Shown here piece after piece: positions 1 to 13,339 of a stretch of 64,000 nt of DNA. The stretch is from Octopus sinensis (taxonomy: Eukaryota): assembly GCF_006345805.1 (NCBI RefSeq), contig NC_043001.1, positions 116,126,001 through 116,190,000 on the forward strand, in the 5' to 3' direction. The position numbers and the translations under genes are program-made. Under the pieces are notes generated by a model. It ran no database searches. It had not been told where the DNA came from and saw only the letters and a program-made list of their open reading frames with translations. Position 1 is the first letter of the stretch, and every line of letters begins with the position of its first letter.

Positions 1-506
1 TGACCCAGATTGCGTTCTTCCAACTGTTAAACATGGAGGAGGATCTGTGATGATCTGGTGGGGCTATATCTTGGAAATCTGCTGGCCTAATGGTTTCCCT
101 TCATGGTAGAATTAATAGTCAGGACTATTTATGCATTTATCTGATAAAATTTATCCTATGGTTGCGGAACTGTTTCCGGAGGTTAACACAATCTTTCAGG
201 ATGATAATGCACCAATTCACACAGCTAAAGTTGTTACTAAATGGCACAAAGAACATTCTATTGAAGTTGAACATCTTAGGCCACCACAGATCTCGATATT
301 ATTGATAATTTATGGTGTATTTTAGAAAACAAATAAGGTATCGATATCCTCCACCATCATCACTACAAGAACTGGAGACTGTTTTAGTTGAAGAAAGGAC
401 AAAAATTCCTTTGGAAACAATTCAAACTTTGTATGGCGGTCCTACCCCATATTAAAATTAATTTGTTTGAAATTTTAAGGTGTTTCCATTATTTTGTCCA
501 GCCCCA

Positions 507-507
<1 letters not shown>
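1..507 (+). mobile_element. Tc1 (DD34E-type) transposon, degenerate 3' part
   Basis: Translates DPDCVLPTVKHGGGSVMIW and FQDDNAPIHTAK with frameshifts; ends ...gtccagccccag followed by (TA)n. Confidence 0.85.
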
Positions 508-552
<45 letters not shown>

Positions 553-818
553 TTAAAATTGCATCCATCCATACATACAGGCATGTTGTTTATGGCCATG
601 CCCTTGCTCCCTTACCCAGCTGAGAGATCTTTGCAGCATCCAGCCATAGAAACCATGCTGAAACAGACAAATGGAGCCTGGACAGCTCCTGTCAAACTGT
701 CCAACACATGCCAGCATAGAAAACAGACATTAAACAACTTCCTATTGCCAACCTATACCTGTTTTCCGAGTAATGGAATTCTGTATTCCACAAATCTTCA
801 AAAGCACAAAGTGACAAA

Positions 819-1156
819 CATCATCATCATTTAGCGTCCGTTTTCCATGCTAGCATGGGTTGGACGGTTCAACTGTAGTCTGAGAAGCCCGAAGGCTGCA
901 TCAGGCCCCAGTCTGATCTGGCAGTGTTTCTACAGCTGGATGCCCTTCCTAACGCCAACCACTCCGTGAGTGTAGTGGGTGCTTTTTACGTGCCACCTGC
1001 ACAGGTGCCAGACGGAGCTGGCAAATGGCCACGATCGGGTGGTGCTTTCCACGTGCCACCGGCACGGGGGCCAGGCGAGGCTGGCAACGGACACGAACGG
1101 ATGGTGCTTTTACGTGCCACCGGCACGGAGGCCAGTCGGGGCGGCGCTGGCAACAT
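819..1156 (-). mobile_element. RTE-LINE 3'UTR fragment with (GAT)n tail (family R)
   Basis: Contains ggttggcgttaggaagggcatccagc...ccaacccatgctagcatggaaa and a (gat)n tail; same sequence as the 3'UTR of the LINE at 46170-47083. Confidence 0.85.
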
Positions 1157-2469
1157 AAAGTCAACAAAGGAATGTCACCATCAGTATCACTTCACTCAAG
1201 CCATATCATACAGGACATAGAAACATTCACACAGACACACACATACGACAGCTTTTCTGAAGGTTTCTCTTTACCGAATTCACTCACAAGGCATCGGTTA
1301 GTCCAAGACTATAGAAAACATTTACCCAAGCCTGAAAACAGCATGGCTGCTATGCAAACTTCTGAACTAGACAACCACACCTGTGTTCATGAAGTTGAAC
1401 ATTTGTATGTACACCACAGCAGGTGTCACTGACATTTCACTTATTATTATTTCTTTTACATGACTTAGCAGTGATGGTCAAAGAGTAATAGCACCCATGA
1501 CCTTTTCCAGGCCCTACATGACTAATGCAAGAGGAGCAGAGACAGAAATTATTCTCAGATAGATCTAACCCAAATATTTACAACATGGTGGACTAAAATG
1601 ATCCAAGGGTCTAGTTATGGTGGTGTTAATCCAGGCTACATATTAAGTCTACCCCTAAAACATTGTACAGAAGAAAAGTACTCGTTATCTTGCAATTCCT
1701 AGTAAGAGTTTTCTTGAAGATGGGAGTGGGGGCAAGACTATGTTGTCAATATGCTTTGGTGCTTATGCATGTATATGCACAGATAGATGTAGATATCTGT
1801 ATATATACATTAATTAACATAATTATGTAGCATGTGTTTGTGTATATATAAATACATTTGCCTTTCTTTCTCCCTATATATACATTAATATCCATAATTA
1901 TGTACAAAAGGACTTGAGAAGAATATTAAATTTTGAAAATGTTATCTTTCAACACAGCAGAATTCTGTTCTTTTACTTGTGTAATTCCATGAATTGGCAT
2001 ATAACACATACACACACTTATAAACATGGTGTGTATAATTCATCTAAAAGTCCATAAGTCAGGAAAAAGATACCCTTGTATATCTGTCAATAGAGGGGGT
2101 ATATTATCTGCATATATATCCATCACGGCTGATCTTACCAACTGATTTTGCACTAGGGGTATGACAGAGTGTTAGGTAACAATCTGATTATATAACTCCG
2201 CTCATCAGAGGTAGCCAATAAGGAAACAAATATGGTGACTGCTACACAGTGTTATATACCACTGAGTAAAGCTTACGTAATATAATCTTACATAACTGTG
2301 TTAAAATATAGACACTAAATACATGTGGAGATACAAATTTTAATATGTAAGTAGTTAAAAAAATTATTTTTATATTATGATTCATTTTAATGCCTATATT
2401 TTTCATTTCTGTGAATGTATGCATGTCTGATTTTATATATGATAAAACAATCCAAAGAGACAACTGGTA

Positions 2470-2519
<50 letters not shown>

Positions 2520-2524
<5 letters not shown>

Positions 2525-2895
2525 TTTACTTGTTTCAGTCATTGTTGGAGCACCACCTTGAAAGGTTTTAGTCAAACAAATCGACCCCAGGACTTTTTTA
2601 AAGCCTAGTACTTACTCTATTGGTCTATTTTGTTGAACTGCTAAATTACAGGGACATAACCACACCAACACTGGTAGTCAAGCAGTGATGAGGGGACAAA
2701 CACAGACACACAAACACACACACACATATATATATATACATACATACACACACATGATGAGCTTCTTTCAGTTTCCATCTACCAAATCCACTCACAAGGC
2801 TATAGTAGAAGACACTTGCCCAAGGTGCCATGCAGTGGGATTGAACCTGGACCATGTTGGGAAGCTTCTTACCACACAGCCATGACTGTACCTAT
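2520..2895 (-). mobile_element. tRNA-SINE family B (internal microsatellite, AAGAGT-type tail)
   Basis: Homologous to the full copies at 23629 and 58682. Confidence 0.8.
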
Positions 2896-2931
2896 ATATA
2901 TATATATGTATGTATACATATGAGCTATCAG

Positions 2932-3162
2932 TTTCTTTATTACCCACAAGGGGCTAAACATAGAGGGGACAAACAAGGACAGACAAAGGGATTAAGTCAA
3001 TTACATCGACCCCAGTGCGTAATTGTTACTTAATTTATCGACCCCCGAAAGGATGAAAGGCAAAGTTGACCTCAGCAGAATTTGAACTCGGAACGTAACG
3101 GCAGACAAATATGGCTACGCATCTTCACCCGGTGTGCTAACGTTTCTGCCAGCTTGCCGCCT
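2932..3162 (-). mobile_element. tRNA-SINE family C
   Basis: Head ggcggcaagctggcagaaacgttagc; core gcctttcatcctttcggggtcgataaattaag. Confidence 0.85.
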
Positions 3163-5678
3163 TCATACATATTAGCTATCTTAAAGACAATATTTTGGCA
3201 GTGACAGGCTTTTACATGTTGTTGTTTAGTGTATATATTTGTATGGAAGTGGGTAAATAATGAAGTACATGAAACTGAAGGAATAAATGAGAAAGGAAGG
3301 TTAAGAATCGCTGATGTGAAGGATTCGTTGTTGGATAGGAACACAGATGGCAATGTGCTTCTTTTTTTTTTTTTTTTTTTGTACCTTAGCTCCAAGTCAG
3401 AGTGGATTAATCAGACAAGTAATAAAGGCCTTTAATCATGACTATCCATTACAGTAAAATTGAGCAAAATCTTATGTAAAATTCTGAAATGTATAACCTT
3501 ATGAGTCTTAATAATGAGATACTGAAACCCAGCGATGATTTACTGTAAAGGAGACTTGCATGTAGATATTGGAAACCAGGCCTTTTAGGGTTCTTCTGTA
3601 AGTTACAAGAGAACAACTAGAATTTGAAACAAGCTGTGATCACCTTTAAGCTAGCTGACATCTAAACAACTACAATAAAGTAAATAGCTTTCATATCAAA
3701 CAAAGGAACTGTCCAAATACGTATGTGTGCATGTTCAAGCATGATTGTGTGTGATTTAATAGCTATATCCATAAGTAGTTGTGCTTTTATTTCAGGCCAT
3801 TTACACCACACACACACACTCCTCCACTGCAGTTCAATCTCTCTTTCATTAAATGTTGGAGCAACTAATAAAACTCCATGTCTAACCATGAGTTCTCAAC
3901 AGCAATGAGTTATAAGTTTGTCTGTTGGGTTTGTCTTTCAGTACTAAATGTCTAAGATAAAGGCCATTGTTTACAATTGCATATAATAATAATAAGAAGG
4001 AGAAAAAGAAGTGTTTAAAGGGCTGGGATTTTGAAGGGCGGTTTTAGGTGATTAAATTAATCCCAGTACTTGATTAGTAGTTTCTCTTACTGACCCAGGA
4101 GGATAGATCAAAGTTGACTTTGGCGAAATTTGAACTCAGAATGTAAAGAGTCACACCAAATTGCCACAAGGCATTTTGTGCAATGTGTTAACAAATTTGT
4201 CAATTCACTACCTTCTTAATAATAATAAGGATTTCAAATTTTGGCACAAGGCCAGCAATTTCGGGGGAAGGGGTAAGTAAGTTGATTACATCAATCCCAA
4301 TGCTTAACTGGTACTCGTTTTATCGATGATGAAAGGATGAAAGGTAAAGTCGACCTCTGCTGAATTTGAACTTAGAATGTCAAGGCAGACAACATGCCGC
4401 TAAGCATTTTGCTCGGCATGCTAACAATTCTGCCAGCTTGCTGCCTTAATAATGATAATAATCAAACCGAATATAAGAGTAAATCATAGCATTATAATAG
4501 CAATAGCGTCTTACAATAAATACAACAGTGAAAGATAATAATCAGACTAAACTGATCCTTTGGACTGAATAGGGCCCTGTAGGAAGTATAACAAGAATTT
4601 AAAGAAAATAATGAGCATTTTCACTGTTCGAGATTTACACACATGCACACACACACACATATTACTACATCCAAATCTTCAAATTTCCCCCAATGGAGCA
4701 TAGATTAGCAAATCATTGAGGTTTTTCCTGAAAGACATTATAGTCCTAAATCAAATGAAAATACTTCTGCTAAAAAGTGAAACTAGTTTTTAAATTTTGC
4801 TGTTGGTTCTTTGTTAACTCTGTAAAGCTCAGCCAATATTTAACAAGTATCATTGACGACAGCTTATTTAGACTCAAGATCAGTATTTTGTCGAGGAGAA
4901 TTGCAATATTGTTGATTGAAACAAAATTAGTTTATTACTGATAAGAATTTTGTTAACACTGAAGAGTTGGAAGACCATGGCAAGATTCAAATTCAGAGTA
5001 TGGAGTTCCTACATATTTTAAAAGCATGTACATTTTCTTCAATATTTTGCCAGATTTTTGCATACATTTGTCTGTTGTGTGTGGCCATGGTCTTTAACAA
5101 TATATAGGAATTACCATTGGTTGTTATGTTTGGCCAGAGACATCATCATCTTTTAACATCCATCTTCCATGTTGGTATGATTAGGAATAAATGGAAATTA
5201 AGATTACCTTAGCTCTAATCTAGCAGCAACTGCATCTAATAGATTATCTAAGTTGTATAAAATTATATGCATACTATCTTTGGAGCTGCTAGCAAACTAA
5301 GGCAGCAAACTGGTGTTGAATGAGTCTCAGTTGGGACTATTGTTGCCGTTAATGCAAATATAATCTGTAGCTTCTGTAGGAATAGTCTCAGTAGGAATGA
5401 TATATGAAGAAAAAATATTCCTAGTAGTACCCCAATGACCAACATTGTGTCAACTATGCCTTTGTAAGAATACATGAATGGAAGCATGATCTAATTAACC
5501 GAACATTATAGCAGTACTAATTAAAATGGAAAACTGCTTCAAATACATATACAGTTTAGTACTAATGTTAAGAAAGTTTAATACAAGTGAGAGGTAGCAT
5601 GGTTAAGTGAGCTACATTCCTTATTTAATTGAATATTTAGTAATAACTTGATATGCTAAATGGAATTATATAGAGGAG

Positions 5679-5711
<33 letters not shown>

Positions 5712-5713
<2 letters not shown>

Positions 5714-6110
5714 CCATCTTACAAACAATAACTCTGAGCACCTTTTCAAACTCCACCCATCTAACACCCGTGGATATATTTACAAAGTAAGAAAACAGCA
5801 CAGCTCCCATGACTTCAGGAAACATTTTTTCACGCTGAGAGTTGCTGAAGCATGGAACAAACTGCTGGTATCAGTTGTTAGTTGTCAGAGCACCGCATCC
5901 TTCAAAACTTCCATGCTTTCTGAGATTCGCCAACACTACACCTGATTTTCTCCCCTCCATACAAACACAGGCATTTTCTCCCCTCCATACACACACTGAC
6001 TCATGCATTGTTTGCTTTCCAGACATTTTTACATTACTGCATGTACTTTATATGCACTTTCTGACAAGTTGTGGTGCACCTGAGCACTGTATACAATAAT
6101 TTCATTATTA
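5712..6110 (+). mobile_element. CR1-clade LINE 3' end
   Basis: Translates KLHPSNTRGYIYKVRKQHSSHDFRKHFFTLRVAEAWNKL...FK, the CR1 ORF2 C-terminal pattern, followed by a 3'UTR and short (ATT)n tail. Confidence 0.8.
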
Positions 6111-6811
6111 TATAATAAAAAAATCAAAAGATGTTAACAGTTTACTTGAAAATACTCCTTAACTTCTTTACTGAAAAACAATGAAATGTAATCCAATTAT
6201 ACACAACTGGCTGGCAGTTACATTGAGAAAGGAGAATTCCATTCTCCAAAATGTTACACAGTTGGCCAATATGCATTCTATGAGGTCATTATTTTGCTGA
6301 AACCATAATGATTAACAGGACTTTTCAAAAGTTACATACATGCACATGTATACATACACAAATACAAACATGTATCCCAGATACTGTGCAGAAGTTTGAA
6401 GCATATGATAGCATTATCCCGAGTGTTTGACACTTAATTCAAGGGTTAAATGATGTGTGCATACACACAGACACACACAAATGCACATATATAATTAATT
6501 GGAAGACTTGCTACAAGGACAGGTCGTGTATGTTTCCTTTATATCATTTATCAAATGTTGACTCTTCTCTCTGGTTTTTGCATTGTATTCATTTGATCAT
6601 TGTCTCAAAAATTGCATAATTTATTGTGTTGAATACTTGATTAGTACTTTTGGTGAAAAATATCTTGCAGAGAATGGATATGCCTTGTGTGCACATTTTC
6701 GTTAATGTTAGTTCTTATGTCGAGTTACAATAAAAACAATTTGACATTAAACTGAAGGATTACTCAATACTTTCTGCACAGTATGTATTTATTATACTTT
6801 TACAAGAGGGT

Positions 6812-6857
6812 GACAGTAACTTCGAAGTTTGGGCTTGCCAGCCTTCATCAGACAGTC
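6812..6857 (-). ncRNA. Degenerate minimal hammerhead ribozyme motif (Penelope type) within a fold-back
   Basis: GACUGU CUGAUGA A GGCU GGCA AGCC C AAAC UUCGAA GUU ACUGUC. Stems I and II present, helix III is the palindrome ACUUCGAAGU, and G12 of GAAA is altered. Confidence 0.55.
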
Positions 6858-6918
6858 TGATGAAAGCTAGCAGACTAAAGATTCAAAGTCACATCATCAC
6901 TTTTCTTATAAAAGTGTA

Positions 6919-6951
<33 letters not shown>

Positions 6952-7715
6952 CCTTATTTTTTCTCTATTTTCCTCAGCCGTTAGATTGAGGACATGCTGG
7001 GGCACTGCTTTGAACAATTTCCTTTAGTTGAATGAATCGATCCCAGTACTTTTTTAAAGCCTGGTACTTATTTTATCAGTATCTTTTGTTGAACTGCTAA
7101 GTTATGGGAATGCAAACACACCAACACCGGTTGTTAAGTGGTGGTAGAGGAACAAACACAGACACAAAGACACACACATATACAATGGGTTTGTCACAGT
7201 TTCCATCTACCAAATCCACTCACAAGGTTTTGGTTGACTCTAGGCTATAGTAAAAGACACTTGCCCAAGGTGCCACAGTGGACTGAACTCAGAACCATGT
7301 AGTTTGGAAGCAAGCTTCTTACCATACATACCCTTCATATAATAATGGATGATGCTGTGAATATACTTTTGTCACTGTGGTAATATGTTGCTGTGATTAT
7401 TTTTTTTTTATATTTTCAAATTTTATGGTGCTTATAAAAAAATAATGAAATGTATAGTAATTTTCAAAGTATAAAAAACTAAAAAAAGACATTTCTCATT
7501 TATAATAACTATATAAACAACAACAATGACACTGTCTAACTATCAGTAAATTACAGGTGCAACATTGTTTGATATTACCCATAGTAGCAACGATATAGTC
7601 CCAATATCATTTATCTATAATTGGCTAACACGGACATTGATCACCAAGGGAGATAACTTTTAGATCAAAGTTATTCCTCTTTGTATGATGTAATTCAGAC
7701 ACTAACTTGAATATT

Positions 7716-8140
7716 CTTTTCTACTCTAGGCACAACGCCCGAAATTTTGTGGGAAGACCCAGTCGATTAGATCGTCCTCAGTATGCAACTGGTACTTAAT
7801 TTATCGACCCCGAAAGGATGCAAGGCAAAGTCGACCTCGTCGGAATTTGAACTCAGAACGTAACGGTAGACGAAATACTGCTAAACATTTCGCCTGGTGT
7901 GCTAATGATTCTTATTTCTTTATTGCCCACAAGGGGCTAAACATAGAGGGGACAAACAAGGACAGACAAAGGGATTAAGTCGATTACATCGACCCCAGTG
8001 CACAACTGGTACTTAATTTATCGACCCCGAAAGGATGAAAGGCAAAGTCGACCTCGGTGGAATTTGAACTCAGAACGTAACGGTAGACGAAATGCTAAGC
8101 ATTTCGCCTGGTGCTAATGATTCTGCCAGCTCGCCACCCT
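7716..8140 (-). mobile_element. Dimeric SINE family C unit flanked by one 15-bp TSD
   Basis: actaacttgaatatt at 7701-7715 and 8141-8155; two SINE bodies with different tails. Confidence 0.85.
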
Positions 8141-10025
8141 ACTAACTTGAATATTAGTGTATAACTGCAGCACGAGACTGTAAGTTGTGTGTGTATGTGT
8201 AGCAAGGAGTGGGGGTTGTGACTGAGACCGCCAACCCCCAGCCATATATGTATAATAATTAGAATTTGTCAGGATTTAAGCTAGATACGAGGGGACAATA
8301 ACTAACAATATTGATTTCCTTAATACTTCATTAATCAAAAGAACTGTTCAATATTCCTGTGTTTAGTTTACAAAATATTGGTTTCAGATTTTGACACAAG
8401 GTCAGCAATTTAGAGGAAGTGGGTAAGTTGATTATGTCAACTCCATTGTCCAACTGGTACTTATTTTATCAACCTCCATAAGGATGAAAAGTAGAGTTGA
8501 CCTCGGCAGAATTTGAATTCATAATGTAGAGACGGGTGGAATGCCACTAAGCATTTTACCCAGCATGCTAACAATTCTGCCAGCTCAAAGATTTAAGTTT
8601 ACAAAATATTTCAAATCTAAATTCAACATAAGATATAACAAAAATGCTGACTGTGATATTTAAACTTAAAAGTATATTCTATCATCCCAGTCCGTTGATA
8701 CTGATTTCTGATATAGGTTCATGACCCCAAATTTTTGGTGTAGCTAATTACATCAACTTCGGTACTCAGATTGGTATTTTATTTTACTGAGCCTGGAAAG
8801 ATGAAAGGCAAAATGTTGACATTCAGTGGAATTTGAACTCAGGAAGTAAAATGTCATAAGCAAATACCACAAAATGTTTTACCAATTTTGCCAATCCATC
8901 AGCTTGTTATAATTATTAGTCTAATTACTAAATTCTTATAAAAGGCATATACCACCTATGTAGAGTCAGAACTAAAGACTCATAAGACTGGAATTACCAC
9001 TGGAAAGAAACTGATACCCCTAAACTGCTAGCAGTTAAGATAATAGACGCATGCTTTCTATCAATAATAGTACCACAGGCAATAATCCAGAAGGAAAAAA
9101 TAACAAGATTAGTAGGGTTTCTTATAAGGTATATGTAGATTGGGCAAAGCAAGAAAGAGCAATGTATTCACATTTAACATTAATGCAAGAAAGAAAGAAA
9201 TGAACAGCTATATTCTCAGGAGGTCCTTATATACCCCTTTACCCAGCTTCAAATGGAAACTGTGCAAGCAGAGGTCGAATGTCATGAAATGAATGTGCTT
9301 ACAGTTTGGCAGGATTAAAAAGAAAGCATTCAATTTTTTTCCTCCCCATTTATATGTTAGAAGCACTTTGATTTGCTATAATTCCGGAGACAATAATCTA
9401 AGCTGTAGACAACTAAATGCAGGAAGTAATTTTGCCTCTTAAGGTAAAGAATCACAGGAGGCTGTGCTTCTGTAATGTTATTTGTATTGAAGTGAATGCC
9501 TTATTTTTATTGAAGAAATGTGAAAGGTAAAGGTGTGTGATTGGGCTACAAGAATACAAAAACATTAACCCAATACTAAGCTTTTTTGAAAATGCATTGA
9601 AAGCATATCCCCAAAATATGACTAATATGAGAAAGAGCCACAACCTGGTTATGACATTCTCATATGATTTTAGTACAAAGTTTGGATAAAATAGATGTTC
9701 CTACCTGATTGCAGGTAGGAATACAGAAACATCTATCATCTGCAAACTAGTGTTTCTCTCTCAATAGCCTGACTATTTTCCCTATATCTGATTAGGAAGA
9801 GATGGATGAAATTTATATCCTATGATGGCATTTGCCACAAGGATCATATATCCAGGATATATTACATCTCAGGGAACAAAATAAGGCCCTTGAAGATCTC
9901 TGCACACAATAAACCAATAGTCCATAACATATGTGTTTTCTGTACCGATACTCAAATTAACAGTTGGTTTACTAAATAGAAGGGATCAATGCTACTGATA
10001 ATAAAACCTCAGACACTAATAAATA

Positions 10026-10258
10026 CCTATTTCTTTATTACCCACAAGGGGCTAAACACAGAGGGGACAAACAAGGACAGACATAGGTATTAAGTCGATT
10101 ACATCGACCCCAGTGCGTAACTGGTACTTAATTTATCGACCCCGAAAGGATGAAAGGCAAAGTTGACCTCGGCGGAATTTGAACTCACAACGTAACGCAG
10201 ATGAAATACCGCTAAGCATTTCGCCCGGTGTGCTAACGTTTCTGCCAGCTCGCTGCCT
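10026..10258 (-). mobile_element. Full-length SINE family C
   Basis: Flanked by the direct repeat ctaataaatacc, which partly overlaps the element ends. Confidence 0.88.
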
Positions 10259-11489
10259 AATAAATACCACTATTTCTATATTAATTGCCTTTGTCTAAAC
10301 CAAAAAACAAGAAGATAGAAAAATTTAGAATTGAGTCAATCAATATGTCAAATCATATTCCTTTAACAGCTTCTAATAAGTATCAATCACCACAGGACAT
10401 TCACAGAACATGAGAAATTGGCACATATTCTAATTTTAATACTGGAACTGTAATTTTAAATGTACATTTGTGATTAATGCGGTACATGATTATGTCACAA
10501 ACTGCCCCTGTACCAGTTTTGAGAAGTTGGGCTTCACAAAACCAGAAAGGACACAGCTAATTAGAAAACTGCAGTTACAAAGCTGTTAATGAAATTATAA
10601 CAAATATGTAAAAATAAAAAAAATTTTTTCCAGAACTTTAGCCAGCAGTATGTACAAATAAACGCATACAGACATGCAAACGTATATATACATAAGTCAA
10701 AGTATACATATGTACACATGCAATGACCTGCATGCATGCAAACACACACACACACATAATAACTACCTAGGTGATGTCTGAATTCAAATGAAAGAAGTTG
10801 TGTTTCCGGGTTGGAGATTGGCTCTTTCTCCATTAGAAATATTCGCAAATAAAACCAAAAGAACATAAATACATACATACATTGGTATTATATTATTCTT
10901 GAAATATAATTTATATTTCTCAAAAGAACAGAGAAATAATAAGTTTCCTGAAGATTTCATGCAAAAACAGTAGGGTGAGGTTTTTTTCTTTTTATATATA
11001 TATAAAAACATGATTCTGATGAAGTGATGGAAGGGAAACAACTTATGATGGCTTGATACAATAGATAGTCATGATGTTGTCTGTAGACAAGAAAGGTCCC
11101 ATGAATTTCTTTTTGTGTGTGTTTTGTTTCTTTTTTGTGGTTTTTTTTCTACTTTTTTAGCACTTTTGTTTTTCTATGAGAAACTAATAATTTGGACAAT
11201 TCAAAACAAGATCAATTTTTTGGAGTAACAGTAGTAGTCGTAGTATTTCTTTTATTATTATTATATTTTTTCTATTTGGCTCAAGCCAGTAATTCTTTTT
11301 TAAAAAGAAGGGTTAAGTTGATACCCTCAACCCCTGTACTTGACTAGCACTTTATTTTATCAACCCCCGAAAGAGTGAAAGGCAAAGTTGACCCCAGCTG
11401 GATTAGAACTCAAAACACGAAGAGCCAGAACAAATACCATAAGGTATTTTTTTTACCGATACTCTAATGGTTCTGCCAATCTACCACCT

Positions 11490-11524
<35 letters not shown>

Positions 11525-12058
11525 ATAACAGTATCACCTGCTGCAACAGTATTAGTATTAATATCAAAAGTAATAGTAGTAAACTAGATGTTGTTGTTCT
11601 GCCCCAGGTCAAACGCAATTGACTAAACTTATGATCAACAGCATTCCAACTATGACCATCCCATCCGTTTCCTTTTTTTTTTTCTAGTGAAGTATGCTGT
11701 TCGTAGTGCCCCAGCATGGCCACAGCCCTTGAGCTGGAACTAGTAAAAAAAAATCAAAAGAAGTAAGTATATTGAAATACATTCGTTAATCATTACAGGT
11801 GTCTCTCCTTGTTTTAATATAAGACAGTGGAGTGTTTTGATTTCGGGGTTGGACCCTGACTGGTTTTCTAAAATGTTGAATGTCTGTGTAGATGATCCAT
11901 AGTTGACTAGTAGTAGTAGTAGTAGTAGTAGAAGTAGTAGTAGTAATAAATGGGCATACAAATAAAGACAACAAAATAATTGAAACAATGTTTGATTGTT
12001 ATTTTTGGTTTTTTGGTTTTTGTCCCAAACCCACCCCGCCCCTATTTCCAATCCCAGT

Positions 12059-12206
12059 TCAATTATCAGAAGAATTCCTTGATGAAGAGCTCCTGCGATT
12101 CTTTTCCTTGTGGCTGTCTACTTGATCCATTGTCAAAGATGCGTCTTCCTTTACGTAAGATTCTGGCAGTTCTAAAATAACCACTTTTCGCAGAACTTCT
12201 ACCCAC
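12059..12206 (-). CDS. FGD: FGD terminal coding exon: (K)WVEVLRKVVILELPESYVKEDASLTMDQVDSHKEKNRRSSSSRNSSDN*
   Basis: Acceptor tctttattcag|G; PH2 tryptophan helix; TGA at 12061-12059. Confidence 0.9.
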
Positions 12207-12368
12207 CTGAATAAAGAAACACAATCACAAGAAAAGGAGATAAATTAAGGTTGAAACTAATTAATTAATTTAGGCTGAAATTAATAAATATTTTATTCTA
12301 ATATAATGGTGACTGTTTTAACAATAACAACAATAAAATTTAAAAATTAAATTTATTGAAAATTATCA

Positions 12369-12828
12369 GGTGCCGGCATGGCTGTGTAGACCTAAGTGCG
12401 GCTATACGGTAAGAAGCTTGCTTCCAAACCACATGGTTCCAGGTTCAGTTGCACTGTGTGGCACTTAGGGCAAGTGTCTTTTACTTTAGCCTCAGGCTGA
12501 CCAAAGCCTTGTGAGTAGATTTGGTAGATGGAAACTGAAAGAAGCCCAATGTGTGCGTGTATATATATATATACATCTAATATAGGATAAAATTTTTCGA
12601 AAAAAATGTTATCAATGGCCAGCATATTAAAAATACCTTTAAAGGTTAAATTTATAAACAATTTATAAACAAAGGTAAAGGAAAAAATTTCTAATGCCAT
12701 ATATGCTGAAACTAGACATGTCGTCCATAACAATATAATTCATCACGTGCATGGTTATGGATGATGTGTCTAGTTTCGGCATATTTGGCATTAGAAATTT
12801 TTTCTTTTACCCTTGTTTACAAGTTGTT

Positions 12829-12859
<31 letters not shown>

Positions 12860-13048
12860 ACGCGTGTATGTGTGTCTGTTAGTTTCCCACTACTGCTTGA
12901 TAACTGGTGTTGTCCCTTAACTTAGCAGTTCAGCAAAAGAGACCGACAGAATAAGTTCCAGGCTTAGCAAAAAATAAAGTACTGGGATCAACTCATTCAA
13001 CTAAGCATGGCCAAAGCCTAATGACTGAAACAAGTAAAAGATAAAAGA
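12369..13048 (+). mobile_element. SINE family B interrupted in its microsatellite by a fold-back insertion
   Basis: Head at 12369, 3' half resumes at about 12850. Confidence 0.8.
12654..12831. repeat. Long inverted repeat, 78-bp arms with a 22-nt spacer
   Basis: Arm 12654-12731 versus reverse complement of 12754-12831: about 9 mismatches, nearly all transitions. Confidence 0.92.
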
Positions 13049-13129
13049 ACTTGTCAGATCCTTGCTCAAGAAAAAAAAAAAACTTACGTAATCAATTAAT
13101 GGCAAAATACCAATGATGGATATATTTAA

Positions 13130-13339
13130 GCCTTTGGCATTCAAACCAGCCCATACATTCTACCTCTCTTATGTACAAACTGGTTAGATGTAGCCTCTCA
13201 CAGCTACCCTACAATATCTTTCTAAATATAAACAATTACATCAACGAAATCTTGGAGCTACAAGATAGTGCGTGATTAATTCAAAATAATGTGAATCAAT
13301 AAGTATTACATTTAAATAAATAATCTGAAAGCTAATCGA
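13130..13339. mobile_element. piggyBac-like MITE
   Basis: TTAA on both sides; degenerate (C)CCTTTAGCATT...AATGCTAAAGG ends; homologous to 33057-33279 and 27780-27844. Confidence 0.6.

Noticed and set aside
2180-2215. CTGATGA boxes at about 2202 (minus), 11016, 32898 and 60132
   Set aside because: No properly placed GAAA plus NUH and stem I.
5263-5487. 74-aa hydrophobic ORF
   Set aside because: No recognisable domain; expected by chance in AT-rich DNA.
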